NCBI GenBank assembly: GCA_963782055.1 | Contig: CAWAIF010000003.1 | Location: 96,001-160,000, forward strand | DNA length: 64,000 bases | Reading direction: 5' to 3' | DNA from: an uncultured delta proteobacterium | Lineage (GTDB): Bacteria; Myxococcota_A; Polyangia; Polyangiales; Polyangiaceae | Translations under genes and position numbers: made by a program | Notes under the pieces: model-generated | What the model saw: only the letters and a program-made list of their open reading frames with translations | Told to the model about the DNA's origin: nothing | Database searches by the model: none | Part shown: piece after piece, positions 1 through 11,480 of the stretch | Layout of the letters: each line of letters begins with the position of its first letter | How positions within the stretch are numbered: position 1 is the stretch's first letter

Positions 1-2
1 TG

Positions 3-935
3 ACGAAGCGCTCCTTCTCCCCGACGGCGCTGCAGAACTACGCCGCGTGCCCGTACCGCTTCCTGCTGCAGGCCGTCTTTCGCCTCGCCCCGCGCGAGGA
101 GAAGGCGGAGCTGGAGGAGCTGAACCCGCTGCAGCGCGGCACCATCATGCACGAGACGCAGTTCGAGACGCTGGTGGCGCTGCGCGAGGCGAAGCTGCTG
201 CCGGTGACCGCGCGCAACATGCCGCAGGCGCGCGCCATCCTGGACGCCGCGGCGGCGAGCGTGGCAGCGCGCTTCGCCGACGAGCTGGCGCCCGCCATCC
301 CGCGCGTGTGGGAGGATGGCATCGGCCAGATCAAGGCGGACCTCGCCGAGTGGCTGCGGCGGATGCCGGAGGACCCCGACTGGGTGCCCTCGCACTTCGA
401 GCTGTCCTTCGGACTGAAGCAGAAGCGCTCGCAGGAGGACGAGGGCAGTCAGGAGGCGCCCGCCGCGCTGGACTGCGGCATCCAGCTGCGCGGCTCGATC
501 GACCTGGTGGAGCGGAGCACGACGGGCCGCCTGCGGGCGACGGACTTCAAGTCGGGCAAGGTCCGCGCGACCGACGAGACGGTCATCGGCGGCGGCAGGA
601 CGCTGCAGCCGGTGCTCTACGCGCTGGCGCTGGAGAAGATCTTCCCCGGCACGGTGGTGGAGGAGGGGCGGCTGTACTACTGCACGTCGGTGGGGGAGTA
701 CCGCTCCTACGCGGTGCCGCTGCGCGACAACCCCGACGCGCGGGAGGCCGCCGACATGGTGGCGAGCACGGTGCGCGGGGCGATCGACAAGGGCTTCTTG
801 CCGGCCGCGCCCGCGGAGCGGGAGTGCACGTACTGCGACTACCAGTCGGTGTGCGGGCCGTACGAGGAGCAGCGGACGGCGCGCAAGCCGAAGGGGCCGC
901 TCTTGCCGCTGCGCCGCCTGCGGGAGCGCGCATGA
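3..935 (+). CDS. addB: AddB/RexB-like PD-(D/E)XK nuclease subunit, 5' end outside window
   Basis: Frame open from base 3: SPTALQNYAACPYRF, RGSIDLVE...DFKSG, Q...Y, and C-terminal CTYCDYQSVC Fe-S cysteines; stop overlaps addA start (ATGA). Confidence 0.8.
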   Translation, partial: TKRSFSPTALQNYAACPYRFLLQAVFRLAPREEKAELEELNPLQRGTIMHETQFETLVALREAKLLPVTARNMPQARAILDAAAASVAARFADELAPAIPRVWEDGIGQIKADLAEWLRRMPEDPDWVPSHFELSFGLKQKRSQEDEGSQEAPAALDCGIQLRGSIDLVERSTTGRLRATDFKSGKVRATDETVIGGGRTLQPVLYALALEKIFPGTVVEEGRLYYCTSVGEYRSYAVPLRDNPDAREAADMVASTVRGAIDKGFLPAAPAERECTYCDYQSVCGPYEEQRTARKPKGPLLPLRRLRERA

Positions 936-3900
936 CGCCGCAGGTGCTGGCCGACCAGGCGGATCGCGACGCGATCCGGCAGGACCTGGACGCGACCCTG
1001 GTGGTGGAGGCCGCGGCGGGGACGGGCAAGACGACGGAGCTGGTGGCGCGCGTGCTCGCGTTGCTCGTCAGCGGGCGCGCGCGGCTGGCGACGATGGCGG
1101 CGGTGACGTTCACCGAGAAGGCCGCCGGCGAGATGAAGCTGCGGCTGCGCACGGAGATCGAGAAGGCGCGCGCGCGCGCGGCCCCCGCCGAGCGCAAGCG
1201 GCTGGACGTGGCGCTGAGCGAGCTGGAGACCGCGCACATCGGCACCATCCACTCCTTCTGCGCGGAGATCCTGCGCGAGCGTCCGGTGGAGGCGCAGATC
1301 GACCCGCTCTTCGCGCCCGCCGACGAGGGGACGCAGGAGCGGATCTACGACGAGGCGTTCGACCGGTGGTTCCAGCGGGAGCTCGCCGACCCGCACGAGG
1401 GGGTGCGCCGGGTGCTGCGCAAGCGCTTCCGGGACAGGGAGAGCGGCGGGCCGCGCAACCTGCTGCGCAGGGCCGGCTTGCAGCTCGTGGAGCAGCGCGA
1501 CTTCGACGCGCCGTGGCGGCGGGACCCGTTCGACCGCGAGGAGGTGCTGGACCGGCTCGTCGAGCGGCTGCGCGCGGTGGGCGACCTCTGGGAGAAGGCG
1601 AACGACAAGACGTGGTGGCTGTCGCAGAACCTGGCCGAGATCCGTCGCTTCGTCCACGAGCTGGACCGTCGCGAGGCGCTGACGACGGGAACGAAGCGCG
1701 ACTACGACGGCCTGGAGCAGGAGCTTCGCACGCTCTCGCGCGCGCGGACGTGGAACTACAAGGGCGGGTGGAACCAGTTCGGCCCGGGGCTCCTGAAGCA
1801 GGACGTCCTCGACCAGCGCGACGCCGTCCGGGAGGAGCTGGCGCGGGTGCTCGCCCTGTGTGACGCGGACCTGGCGGCGTGTCTGCACGCCGACCTGCAG
1901 TCGCTGGTCGTGGAGTACACGGAGCTGAAGCGGCGGGCGGGGCGGCTGGACTTCCTGGACCTGCTGGTCATCGTGCGCGATCTCATCGTGGGCCAGCGCG
2001 CGGTGCGGCAGGAGCTGCAGGCGCGCTTCACGCACGTGCTGGTGGATGAGTTCCAGGACACCGACCCGCTGCAGGCGGAGATCCTGCTGCTGCTCGCCGC
2101 CGACGACCCGGCGGAGATCGACTACCTGCGCGCGCGGCCCATCGCGGGGAAGCTCTTCGTCGTGGGGGACCCGAAGCAGTCGATCTACCGCTTCCGCCGC
2201 GCCGACGTGATGCTCTACGAGGGCATCAAGCGGCGCCTGGTCGCCAACGGCGCGCGGCTGCTGCACCTCTCGACGAGCTTCCGCGGGGCGCCGTCCATCC
2301 AGGCGGCGATCAACGCGTCGTTCGCGCCGCGGATGCAGGGGTCGGAGGACGGGAGTCAGGCGCGCTACGTGCCGCTGGAGCCGTTCCGCCCGGAGCCGGA
2401 GGGGCGTCCGACGGTGATCGCCCTGCCGGTGCCGCGCCCCTACTCCGACCGGAGCGGCAAGATCACGTCGTGGGCGGTCTCCAGCTCGGCGCCCGACGCC
2501 ATCGGCGCGTTCGTCGACTGGCTGCTGCGCGAGAGCGGCTGGACGGTGGTGTCCGGCGGGGAGCGGGTGCCCGTGGAGGCGCGGCACGTGTGCCTGCTCT
2601 TCAAGCGCTTCGTGAGCTTCGGCGACGACATCACGAGGCCATACGTGCGCGCGCTGGAGACGCGGCGCATCCCCCACGTGCTGGTGGGCGGGCGCTCCTT
2701 CTACAAGCGGGAGGAGGTGATGGCGCTGAAGAACGCGCTGTCCGCGGTGGAGTGGCCGGACGACGAGCTGTCGGTCTTCGCCACGCTGCGGGGGCCGTTC
2801 TTCGCCATCGCCGACGAGTCGCTGCTCGCGTACCGGCACGACGCGAAGACGCTGCACCCGATGCGACGACACGACGACGTGGCGCTGGACGATCTGACGC
2901 GGCCGGTCGCCGACGCGCTGGAGGTGCTGCGCGGGCTGCACGTGGGGCGCAACCGGCGGCCCATCGCCGACACGATGGCGCAGCTGCTGGAGTGCACGCG
3001 GGCGCACGCCGGCGTCGCCATCTGGCCGACGGGGGAGCAGGCGCTCGCCAACCTGCTGCGGCTGCTGGACGACGCGCGGCGGTTCGAGGCGCAGGGCGCG
3101 ACGAGCTTCCGCGCCTTCGTGCGGCACCTGGACGACGAGGAGGAGCGCGGGGGCGGCGCGGAGGCGCCCGTGGTGGAGGAGGGGACCGACGGCGTACGGA
3201 TCATGACGGTGCACAAGGCGAAGGGGCTGGAGTTTCCGGTCGTCATCCTGGTGGACCCTGCGGCGCCGCTCTCCAACGACAGGCCGTCTCGGTACGTGGA
3301 CGCGGCGCGCCGGCTGTGGGCGGCGCCGCTCGCGGGGAGCGCGCCCATCGAGCTGCTGGAGAACGCGGAGCGCGTGAAGCGGCACGACGCGGAGGAGGCG
3401 GTGCGGCTGGCGTACGTGGCGGCCACGCGCGCGCGCGACCTGCTGGTCGTGCCGGTCGTCGGCGACGAGGCGGTGGACGGGTGGGTCTCGGTGCTGCACC
3501 CGTCGCTCTACCCCGACGTGGACAACTGGCGCAGCCCGCGCACGGCACCAGGGTGTCCGCCCTTCGGCGATGACTCGGTGCTGGAGCGCTCCGAGCGCGC
3601 GGAGCGCGACGGCGCGATCTCGGTGCGGCCGGGCCTCCACGAGCCGAAGGAGGGGACGCACGGGGTGGTGTGGTGGGATCCGCGCGCGCTGCGCCTTGGG
3701 GCGGAGGAAGACGCCGGCCTGCGGCAGCAGCACATCCTGTCGGTGGACGAGCAGACGGGGCGGGACGCGGCGAGCGAGCGGGAGCACGCGGAGTGGCAGG
3801 CGCGGCGCGCGTCGGCGCTGGAGCGGGGCACGACGCCGTCGCACCGGGTGGTGGTCGTGACCGGGGCGGCGGCGGGCGCGGGGGCGGGCGCGGGCGCGGG

Positions 3901-4429
3901 GGCGGGCGCGGTCGCGGGGGCGGGCGCGGGCGCGGCGAGCGAGCCCTTCGCCGACCTCGCCGTTGTCTTGGAGAGGACGGACGCGCGGCGCGATGGTCGC
4001 CCGCGTGGCAAGAGTTTCGGGGTGCTGGTGCACGCCCTGCTGTCGGTGGTCGACCTGGATGCGAGCGCCGAGGCGGTGGCGCAGGCCGCGCACGTCACCG
4101 GTCGCCTTCTCGGCTCCGGCGATGACGAGGTGGCGTGGGCCGCGCAGGCGGCGCTCGCCGCGCTGAAGCACCCGCTCCTCCGCGCTGCCTCGCAGGCGGA
4201 GGTGCGCCGCGAGGCGCCCGTCGCGCTGCGCCTGGACGACGGCAGCCTGCTGGAGGGCGTCCTCGACCTGGCCTTTCGCGAGGAGGCCGGGTGGGTCGTC
4301 GTCGACTTCAAGACCGACGCCGACCTGGAGGCGAACCGCGCCGACTACGAGCGGCAGGTGCGCATGTACGCGGCCGCCGTGCGCAAGGCGACGGGCAAGG
4401 CGGTGCGTGGCGTGCTGCTGGGCGTGTGA
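932..4429 (+). CDS. addA: AddA/UvrD-type helicase-nuclease
   Basis: Walker A EAAAGTGKT, TFTEKAA, DEFQDT, VGDPKQSIYRFR, MTVHKAKGLEF, YVAATRAR, C-terminal LDL...VDFKT nuclease; ATG at 932. Confidence 0.9.
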   Translation: MTPQVLADQADRDAIRQDLDATLVVEAAAGTGKTTELVARVLALLVSGRARLATMAAVTFTEKAAGEMKLRLRTEIEKARARAAPAERKRLDVALSELETAHIGTIHSFCAEILRERPVEAQIDPLFAPADEGTQERIYDEAFDRWFQRELADPHEGVRRVLRKRFRDRESGGPRNLLRRAGLQLVEQRDFDAPWRRDPFDREEVLDRLVERLRAVGDLWEKANDKTWWLSQNLAEIRRFVHELDRREALTTGTKRDYDGLEQELRTLSRARTWNYKGGWNQFGPGLLKQDVLDQRDAVREELARVLALCDADLAACLHADLQSLVVEYTELKRRAGRLDFLDLLVIVRDLIVGQRAVRQELQARFTHVLVDEFQDTDPLQAEILLLLAADDPAEIDYLRARPIAGKLFVVGDPKQSIYRFRRADVMLYEGIKRRLVANGARLLHLSTSFRGAPSIQAAINASFAPRMQGSEDGSQARYVPLEPFRPEPEGRPTVIALPVPRPYSDRSGKITSWAVSSSAPDAIGAFVDWLLRESGWTVVSGGERVPVEARHVCLLFKRFVSFGDDITRPYVRALETRRIPHVLVGGRSFYKREEVMALKNALSAVEWPDDELSVFATLRGPFFAIADESLLAYRHDAKTLHPMRRHDDVALDDLTRPVADALEVLRGLHVGRNRRPIADTMAQLLECTRAHAGVAIWPTGEQALANLLRLLDDARRFEAQGATSFRAFVRHLDDEEERGGGAEAPVVEEGTDGVRIMTVHKAKGLEFPVVILVDPAAPLSNDRPSRYVDAARRLWAAPLAGSAPIELLENAERVKRHDAEEAVRLAYVAATRARDLLVVPVVGDEAVDGWVSVLHPSLYPDVDNWRSPRTAPGCPPFGDDSVLERSERAERDGAISVRPGLHEPKEGTHGVVWWDPRALRLGAEEDAGLRQQHILSVDEQTGRDAASEREHAEWQARRASALERGTTPSHRVVVVTGAAAGAGAGAGAGAGAVAGAGAGAASEPFADLAVVLERTDARRDGRPRGKSFGVLVHALLSVVDLDASAEAVAQAAHVTGRLLGSGDDEVAWAAQAALAALKHPLLRAASQAEVRREAPVALRLDDGSLLEGVLDLAFREEAGWVVVDFKTDADLEANRADYERQVRMYAAAVRKATGKAVRGVLLGV

Positions 4430-4430
4430 C

Positions 4431-5030
4431 TCAGACGCTCTCCGAGCTCATCGCCGTCAGGGCGCGCCGGAGCTCGCTGTCGTGTCGCTCCTTGCGAGCT
4501 CGCGCGCGCCGCTCGCGGCTCGCCTCCCGCTGCGTCCAGAATCCGTACTCGCCGTGCATGTCGAGTGACGCTTCGTCGCCGAACCCGACGCGGATGCGCA
4601 TGCAGAGCATCTTCAGACGCTCCCGCGCGCGCGCGCACGCCTCCGGGGCGGGCCAGGCGCGCTCGCTCGGCGTCAGGGCACCGTCCAGCGCGAAGCCGAC
4701 GTGCCCGATGAGCACCAACCCATAGAACGCGCGCCGCACGAGCCGGCGCCCCTCCGGCGTGAGCGCGACGATGCACTCGCGCCCGGCGCGCCGCCGCTTG
4801 ACCAGACCCAGCTGCTCCAGCGAGCCGAGCATGCGGCTGATGGTGGAGCGCGCCACGCCCAGCCCGCGACGCAGGTTGCTCTGAAGATTCGCCGAGCCCG
4901 TGCCCAGCCGGTAGAGAGCATCGAGCAGGTCGAAGCGCGCCGCCGTCAGCCCCATGGCCGCCAGCGCCCGCCGCGTCAGCCGCAGTGTCGCGTAATACGC
5001 CCGCTTGATCGTGAAGAAGATGGGGTCCAT
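4431..5030 (-). CDS. MarR-family winged-helix regulator
   Basis: GLTAARFDLL...QSNLRRGLGVARSTISRMLGSLEQLGLVKR...VALTPEGR. Confidence 0.7.
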   Translation of the reverse strand: MDPIFFTIKRAYYATLRLTRRALAAMGLTAARFDLLDALYRLGTGSANLQSNLRRGLGVARSTISRMLGSLEQLGLVKRRRAGRECIVALTPEGRRLVRRAFYGLVLIGHVGFALDGALTPSERAWPAPEACARARERLKMLCMRIRVGFGDEASLDMHGEYGFWTQREASRERRARARKERHDSELRRALTAMSSESV

Positions 5031-5346
5031 CCCGCCCCCTACAGCACTCCCCATGCCAACGCCCCCACCCCCCCCTCCTCCACGCATCTCGGATCAAACG
5101 TCGGATTGCTAGCACGCTGGCCAACCGACGTTTGGCTGGTCGGATGGGGAAGGGGGTGGGGGGAGGGGTGGCGATGCCAGGGGAGGTTTGGGACGTGAGG
5201 GGTGTCCGGGGACAGGGAGAGGGGACAGGGGGGACAGGGGGGCGAGGGGAGAGAGGGGAGAGAGGGGGAGAGGGGGAGCACGACGCCATCGCCGGGACGC
5301 GCTACCACGCCGAGCAGATGAAGCACCTGGACCGTGAGCCCGTCGC

Positions 5347-7167
5347 TCACCCGGCGCCGGCGAGCACGTACACCGCCGCGCCCCAGCCGGGGAGCGCGAC
5401 CTCGTCCCCCGCGACGACGGACCCAGCCACCGCCTCCGGCGCCGTCGTGAACGCCAGCTCGAACCGGCCCGCCACCGCCGGCACCGGGACGCGCACCGCC
5501 TCCTCGCCGAAGTGAAGCAGCACCACCGCGCGGGAGGCGCCCGGGTCCCCTCGCACCACCGTGACCCACCCCGCAGCCTCGTCCACCCCGACCTGCGTGA
5601 GGTCCTTCCGGCAGTTGCCGAGCGCCGGGCAGCGCGCGCGCAGCGCGAGGAGATCGCGGTGCAGCGCCAGCACCGCCGCGCCGGGCGGACGCGTCGCCCG
5701 CGAAGGGTCCAGCTTGCACGCCTCGAACGTCTCTGGCGCCTGCGGGTCCGCCGTCTCCCCGCGCCAGCCGAACTGCTCGTGCTCCCGCTCGCGCCCCTCC
5801 CGCACCGCGCGCACCAGCGCGACGTCCCCGTGGCTCACGAAGTAGTGAAACGGCGCCGTCTCGCCGTACTCCTGCCCCATGAACAGCAGCGGCACCTCCG
5901 GCGCGGTGAGCAGCGCCACCACCGCCAGCGCCTCCTTCGCCGCGCCCAGCGCGCTCCCCATCCGCTCCCCGTGGCAGGGGTTGGCCACCTGGTCGTGGTT
6001 CTGCACGTACGCCACCAGTTGCTCGCCCCCCACCTCCGCCGACGAGCTGCCGAAGGCGCGCCCCCGGTAGCGCGACCAGCCGCCGTCGTGCACGAAGCCC
6101 TCTCCCACCGCCTTGCCCACGTCCGCCACGCGGCCGAAGTCCGCGAAATACCCGCGGCGATCGCCGGTCAGCGCGGACCACACCGCGTGGTGGAAGTCCT
6201 CGTTCCACACCGCGTCCAGCCCGCGCCCCTCGCGCGACGCGGGGCGCACCAGGCGCGCGTCGCACTGATCGCTCTCGGCGAACAGGTGCGCGCGGCGGCC
6301 TAGCTCGCGCGCCCGCGCGCCGAAGCGCGCGCCGAGCTCCTCCAGCACGTGACGGGGGGAGGCGTCGAAGATGGCGTCCACCGCGTCGAGGCGAAGCCCG
6401 TCCACGTGATGCTCCTCCAGCCACGCCACCGCGTTGTCGACGAAGTGCGCGCGCACCCCCGCGGCGTCGGGCCCGTCGAAGTCCAGCGCGTCCCCCCACG
6501 GCGAGTGGCGGCGCGCGGTGAAGTACGGCGCGAACTCGGGGAGGTAGTTCCCCTCCGGACCGAGGTGGTTGTAGACCACGTCCAGGATCACCGCGAGCCC
6601 CTCGCGGTGGCACGCGTCGACGAGCGCGTCCAGCCCGGCGGGCCCCCCGTACGTCGACTGCGGCGCGTAGAGGTCCACGCCGTCGTAGCCCCAGTTGCGC
6701 GCGCCCGGAAACTCCGCCACGGGCATCAGCTCGATCGCGGTGACGCCCAGGTCTCGCAGCGCCGCGAGCCGCGGGATCATCGCGGCGAACGTCCCCTCCC
6801 ACGTGAAGGTGCCGACGTGCACCTCGTAGATCACGTGCTTCTCCAGCGCGAGGCCCCTCCAGCCCGCGTCGGTCCACGCGAACGCGCGCGGGTCCACCAC
6901 CCGCGAGGGGCCGTGCACGCCCCGAGGTTGCCATCGCGAGCGTGGGTCCGGCCGCCCGGGGCCACCGTCCAGCACGAACAGGTAGTCGTCGCCGGCGCCC
7001 ACGCCCTGCACCACCGCGCTCCACACGTCCTCCGCACCGCGCGCGAGGGGCACCCGACGCCCCCTGGCTCCAGACACCTCCACCGCCACCGCCCGCGGCC
7101 GCGGAGCCCACACCGCGAACCGCGTCGCGCCACCGGGGAGCGGCGCGGCCCCGAGCGCGTCAGCCAT
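5347..7167 (-). CDS. treZ: malto-oligosyltrehalose trehalohydrolase (GH13)
   Basis: [66 protein letters not shown]. Confidence 0.92.
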   Translation of the reverse strand: MADALGAAPLPGGATRFAVWAPRPRAVAVEVSGARGRRVPLARGAEDVWSAVVQGVGAGDDYLFVLDGGPGRPDPRSRWQPRGVHGPSRVVDPRAFAWTDAGWRGLALEKHVIYEVHVGTFTWEGTFAAMIPRLAALRDLGVTAIELMPVAEFPGARNWGYDGVDLYAPQSTYGGPAGLDALVDACHREGLAVILDVVYNHLGPEGNYLPEFAPYFTARRHSPWGDALDFDGPDAAGVRAHFVDNAVAWLEEHHVDGLRLDAVDAIFDASPRHVLEELGARFGARARELGRRAHLFAESDQCDARLVRPASREGRGLDAVWNEDFHHAVWSALTGDRRGYFADFGRVADVGKAVGEGFVHDGGWSRYRGRAFGSSSAEVGGEQLVAYVQNHDQVANPCHGERMGSALGAAKEALAVVALLTAPEVPLLFMGQEYGETAPFHYFVSHGDVALVRAVREGREREHEQFGWRGETADPQAPETFEACKLDPSRATRPPGAAVLALHRDLLALRARCPALGNCRKDLTQVGVDEAAGWVTVVRGDPGASRAVVLLHFGEEAVRVPVPAVAGRFELAFTTAPEAVAGSVVAGDEVALPGWGAAVYVLAGAG

Positions 7168-10100
7168 CCTCCTCCGGAGGACCCGCGTCCGACGCGCCCG
7201 CGGCGTTCTGCCGCTCCTGCAGCGCGAGCACCTGCCGGATGCACCGGATGGGCACCGACAGCCAGTCCGGTCGACTCTCCAGCTCCTGACCCAGCTCGGT
7301 GAGCGCGGCCTCCAGCAAGAAGACGTCAAGCAGCGTGCGAAGCTCCTGGCGGTCCGCCGGCACGAACAGCGCGCGGTGCGAGGCGTCCAGGTAATAGCTG
7401 AGAAACGCCGCCGACGCGAAGGCGCGCCACACCTCTGCCCACGGCTCCAGGATGGCGACCTCGCGCTCGCCGAAGATGCCGCGCTCCGTCTGCGCGCGCA
7501 GCACGCTCTCGGCCGCGTAGTCGAAGGAGCGCAGCATTCCGGCGACGTCACGCAGGGGGGAGCGCTTGCGGCGCCGCTCGCTCAGCGGCCGCGCCGGGTC
7601 GCCCTCGAAGCCGACGAAGAGGAAGTCCTTGCCCGTGTAGAGCACGTGGCCGAGCCGCAGGTCGCCGTGGCAGCGCGTGCGCACCGCGGTGACGCGCCGG
7701 TCGAGGAACGCCCCGAACGTTCGCACGATGCGCGCCTCCTCCGGCAGCACCGCCTCCGCCTCGGTGCGCACGCCCGCCGGCAGCCCCGCCACGCGCCCGC
7801 GCAGCGCGCGGAACACCTGGGCGGCGTGGCTGCGCATCGACTGGTAGGTCGCGCGCTGGTGGAGCGAGGAGTACGGCTCCGGGGCGAAGTCGGGGTCGCG
7901 CACCTCCGAGGCCAGCGCCACGTGCAGCTCGGCGGTGCGCCGGCCGAGGAGCCGAGCCGCCGCCAGGTAGGAGCCGAACAGGTCGCTCACCTCGCGCTCC
8001 GGCGGCCTGCGCACCAGCTCGAGCAGCGGCATGTCGACGTCCGGCCGGGCCACCGACTTGTTCGTCAGCACGCGCTCGAAGAAGAAACGGATCTCCTCCT
8101 GCGTGTAGCGCCAGCCGTCGGTGCGGTGCGGGGCGTAGGCGTGCAGCACGCCGAGCGCCAGCGGCGCCTTGGGCTCCGAGCGGTACTCCAGGTGACCGAA
8201 GAGGCGTGACGCGCCGGAGAACTCCCGCAGCGTCAGCACCCGGCCGATCTCCACCGCCGGGCTCGGCCCGTCGTCCAGCTTGCGGAAGAGCTCCAGCGAC
8301 AGCCGCTCCCCGTAGACGATGGACGTCATCGCCGGTCCGGCGTGCGTGGCGCGCGGCTCCACGTCCCCGCGGTGCACCTCCGGGTCCGCCAGGAGCGTCG
8401 CCGCCGTCTCCCCCGCCCTGCCGCGCACCTTGCGCCGGCGGTCGAACAGGCCGAGCGCGTGCGCCGCGAAGTCCGGGTCGACGCTGGCGTCGACGATGGA
8501 GCCGTGCGTGTGCACGCCCTTGTCGTTCAACGTCAGCTCGGCGATCACCGCGCTCGGCTCGCTCGACTGGATCTGCCGCGCGCGCTCCCCTGTGAGGAAG
8601 GAGAGCGGCAACAGGTACGTCTCCGACTCACCCTCCGCGTACTGCACCTCCAGCAGGCCCAGCCACACGCGCGTGTCGCCGTTGAGGGGGAGCTCGTCGA
8701 CGAAGTGCGCGCGCGCCACGCTGCGGCCCTTCCCCAAGAACCACTTGCACCGCGAGAGGTATGCCGGAAGCGTGCGCTCGAGCGCCTCTTTCTGCTCGCC
8801 GCGCACGTAGCCCTCCCACGTGCCGCGCGCCTGGAGACGCGCCGGGTAGAAGCCGCTGGTGCCGGTGTGGCCCACCTCCTCCTCGCGCGACTCCAGCAAG
8901 AACCAGTAGAAGTCGTGCGGGCCGAACATCACGCGGTACGGCCCCTCCTCGATGCGCGGGAAGCGCGTGTGCGAGAAGAGCTCGCGCGGCTCCGCCCCCT
9001 TGAAGGCGGACAGGTCCAGGTCGGCGTACTGCGCCAGGCGCGACAGGTTCGCGACCACCAGGATGCGCTCGTTCTCGTGGCGGCGCACGAAGGCGAGCAC
9101 CTTGTGGTTGGGCGTGCTCACCCACTCCAGCGACCCCCGGCCGAACGCCTTGTAGCGCTTGCGAAGGGCGATGATGCGGCGCATCCACCAGAGCAGCGAG
9201 TTGCGGCTCTGCTCCTGCGCCTCCACGTTCGTCGTCTCGAAGTGGTACGGCGGGTCGGTGACCACCGGCAGGATGAGGCGCTGCGGGTTGGCGCGGGAGA
9301 AGCCGGCGTTGCGGTCGGCCGACCACTGCATCGGCGTGCGCACGCCGTCGCGGTCGCCCAGGTAGACGTTGTCCCCCATGCCGATCTCGTCGCCGTAGTA
9401 GACGACGGGCGTGCCCGGCAGGGAGAAGAGCAGGCCGTTGAGCAGCTCGATGGTGCGGCGGTTGCTCCCGAGCAGCGGCGCCAGGCGCCGGCGGATGCCC
9501 AGGTTCAGGCGCATGCGGTGGTCGCGCGCGTAGGCGCGGTACATGTACTCGCGCTCGTCGTCGGAGACCATCTCCAGGGTGAGCTCGTCGTGGTTGCGCA
9601 GGAAGAGCGCCCACTGCGAGGCGTCGGGCAGCACCGGCGTCTGCTCCAGGATGTCGGTGATGGGGAGGCGGTCCTCCATGTGCACCGCCATGAACATGCG
9701 AGGCATGATCGGGAAGTGGAACGCCATGTGGCACTCCTCCTTCTCGATGTACGTGACGGCGTCCTCCGGCCACTGGTTGGCCTCCGCCACGAGCATGCGG
9801 TCCTCGTAGCGGGAGTCGATGTGGCGGCGCAGCTTCTTGAGGAAGGCGTGCGTCTCGGGCAGGTTCTCGCAGCTCGTCCCCTCGCGCTGGTACAGGTACG
9901 GGATGGCGTCGAGGCGCAGGCCGTCGACGCCGAGCTCGAGCCAGAAGTCGAGCACCTTGAGCATCGCCTTGTGGACGGCCGGGTTGTCGTAGTTCAGGTC
10001 CGGTTGGTACTGGTAGAAGCGGTGCCAGTAGTATGCCTTGGCGACCGGGTCCCACGTCCAGTTGGAGGGCTCGAAGTCCTGGAAGATGATGCGCGCGTCG

Positions 10101-10537
10101 GTGTAGCGCTCGGTCGTGTCGCTCCAGACGTAGAACTCGCGCTCCGGACTGCCGGGCGGGGCGCGCCGCGCGCGCTGGAACCAGGGGTGCTGATCGGAGG
10201 TGTGGTTGAGCACCAGCTCGGTGACCACGCGGAAGCCGCGGGCGTGCGCCTCCTTGAGGAACGCCTTGAAGTCGGCGAGGGTGCCGCAGTCCTTGCGGAC
10301 GCTGGTGTAGTCGGCGATGTCGTAGCCGTCGTCGCGTAGCGGCGAGGGGTAGAAGGGCAGCAGCCAGAGGACGGTGACGCCGAGGCCCTCCAGGTAGTCC
10401 AGCTTCTTCGTGAGGCCGGCGAAGTCGCCGATGCCGTCGTCGTTGCCGTCGAAGAAGGAGCGGACGCGCAGCTCGTAGAAGATGGCGTCCTTGTACCAGG
10501 TGGGGTTCCGCTCGGTCGCCGCCGCAGTGCGCTTCAT
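7160..10537 (-). CDS. treS: trehalose synthase-maltokinase fusion (TreS-Pep2/Mak)
   Basis: [53 protein letters not shown]-terminal kinase-like HGDLRLG...FEG...[16 protein letters not shown]. Confidence 0.93.
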   Translation of the reverse strand: MKRTAAATERNPTWYKDAIFYELRVRSFFDGNDDGIGDFAGLTKKLDYLEGLGVTVLWLLPFYPSPLRDDGYDIADYTSVRKDCGTLADFKAFLKEAHARGFRVVTELVLNHTSDQHPWFQRARRAPPGSPEREFYVWSDTTERYTDARIIFQDFEPSNWTWDPVAKAYYWHRFYQYQPDLNYDNPAVHKAMLKVLDFWLELGVDGLRLDAIPYLYQREGTSCENLPETHAFLKKLRRHIDSRYEDRMLVAEANQWPEDAVTYIEKEECHMAFHFPIMPRMFMAVHMEDRLPITDILEQTPVLPDASQWALFLRNHDELTLEMVSDDEREYMYRAYARDHRMRLNLGIRRRLAPLLGSNRRTIELLNGLLFSLPGTPVVYYGDEIGMGDNVYLGDRDGVRTPMQWSADRNAGFSRANPQRLILPVVTDPPYHFETTNVEAQEQSRNSLLWWMRRIIALRKRYKAFGRGSLEWVSTPNHKVLAFVRRHENERILVVANLSRLAQYADLDLSAFKGAEPRELFSHTRFPRIEEGPYRVMFGPHDFYWFLLESREEEVGHTGTSGFYPARLQARGTWEGYVRGEQKEALERTLPAYLSRCKWFLGKGRSVARAHFVDELPLNGDTRVWLGLLEVQYAEGESETYLLPLSFLTGERARQIQSSEPSAVIAELTLNDKGVHTHGSIVDASVDPDFAAHALGLFDRRRKVRGRAGETAATLLADPEVHRGDVEPRATHAGPAMTSIVYGERLSLELFRKLDDGPSPAVEIGRVLTLREFSGASRLFGHLEYRSEPKAPLALGVLHAYAPHRTDGWRYTQEEIRFFFERVLTNKSVARPDVDMPLLELVRRPPEREVSDLFGSYLAAARLLGRRTAELHVALASEVRDPDFAPEPYSSLHQRATYQSMRSHAAQVFRALRGRVAGLPAGVRTEAEAVLPEEARIVRTFGAFLDRRVTAVRTRCHGDLRLGHVLYTGKDFLFVGFEGDPARPLSERRRKRSPLRDVAGMLRSFDYAAESVLRAQTERGIFGEREVAILEPWAEVWRAFASAAFLSYYLDASHRALFVPADRQELRTLLDVFLLEAALTELGQELESRPDWLSVPIRCIRQVLALQERQNAAGASDAGPPEEDG

Positions 10538-10703
10538 CGACTCTCCAGTCGTGGCGTTTCCCCTCCGGTTCGTGGCTGCCGATCACACTAGACTGTGATG
10601 GGGGACGGTCAAGGGGAGAGGCGAGGCGAGCGATCGATGTGCGCATGATCCCTGGCTCCCCCCGTTGCCCGTGGGGCGCGTGGGCGCTACCGTCAGGGTC
10701 GCC

Positions 10704-10949
10704 ATGTCCGACGAAGACCTGAAGGCCGAGCTCGACCGCCTGCGCGCGGAGAACGAGCGTCTGAAGCAGAAGAGCAGCCGCGCCACCTCCCTCAAGGTGT
10801 CCGACAAGGGCGGCGTGTCCGTCTACGGCCTCGGTCGCTTCCCCGTCACCCTCTACAAGGAGCAGTGGTCCAGGCTGCTCGACATGGCCGACGAGATCCG
10901 CGCGTTCATCAAGGAGAACGAGGCGAAGCTCAAGACGAAAGGCGAGTAG
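10704..10949 (+). CDS. small conserved hypothetical protein (coiled coil plus KVSDKGGVSVYGLGRFPVTLY motif)
   Basis: 81 aa, host-like codon usage, recognisable conserved motif. Confidence 0.8.
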   Translation: MSDEDLKAELDRLRAENERLKQKSSRATSLKVSDKGGVSVYGLGRFPVTLYKEQWSRLLDMADEIRAFIKENEAKLKTKGE

Positions 10950-10993
10950 CAAGCGGTCTGCCGCGCCGCGGGCCGTTCGGCTATGCTCGCATC

Positions 10994-11440
10994 ATGAGAC
11001 GACACTCCCTCTCTCTGGCCCTCGCGGGCTCGCTCCTCCTGGCGGTGGGCTGCGGCAAGGAGGTGGGGCGCATTCCCCTCGCGGGGGAGGGGGACGGCGA
11101 CACGGCCGTCACCCTGAAGTCGGGGCAGCACCTCGCGCTCTGGACGCACCTCGACGTCTCGTGGGACGGGCCGTTCGCGGCGCACTACGACGTCGAGCTG
11201 CGCGACGCGTCGTCCAAGGCGGTCGCCACCGCGACGTGCAACCCGCTCGACGTCGGCACCAAGATCGGCAGCGTGGAGACCACCCTGGGGAGTCACCACT
11301 CCAAGAGCTACAACGGCAAGATGCGCTGCGAGCTGGTCGCCCCGGCGGCGGGCAAGTACACGGTGCACACCGCGCTCCACTACGACACCAAGCCCAGGAC
11401 GCTCACGGTCAAGGACGCCAGTCTGGTGCTGAAGCTCTGA
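10994..11440 (+). CDS. hypothetical lipoprotein
   Basis: Signal peptide ending LAVGC. Confidence 0.75.
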   Translation: MRRHSLSLALAGSLLLAVGCGKEVGRIPLAGEGDGDTAVTLKSGQHLALWTHLDVSWDGPFAAHYDVELRDASSKAVATATCNPLDVGTKIGSVETTLGSHHSKSYNGKMRCELVAPAAGKYTVHTALHYDTKPRTLTVKDASLVLKL

Positions 11441-11480
11441 GCCGGCCGCTGCGGCGGGGGAGGTGGCGCGGGCGTCGGCG

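Noticed and set aside
839..4171. Very long antisense and alternate-frame ORFs (e.g. 839-4171, 11380-14115, 34471-37590, 41099-43753)
   Set aside because: Shadows of real genes caused by high GC and few stop codons; no motifs and Arg/Ala/Pro-rich translations
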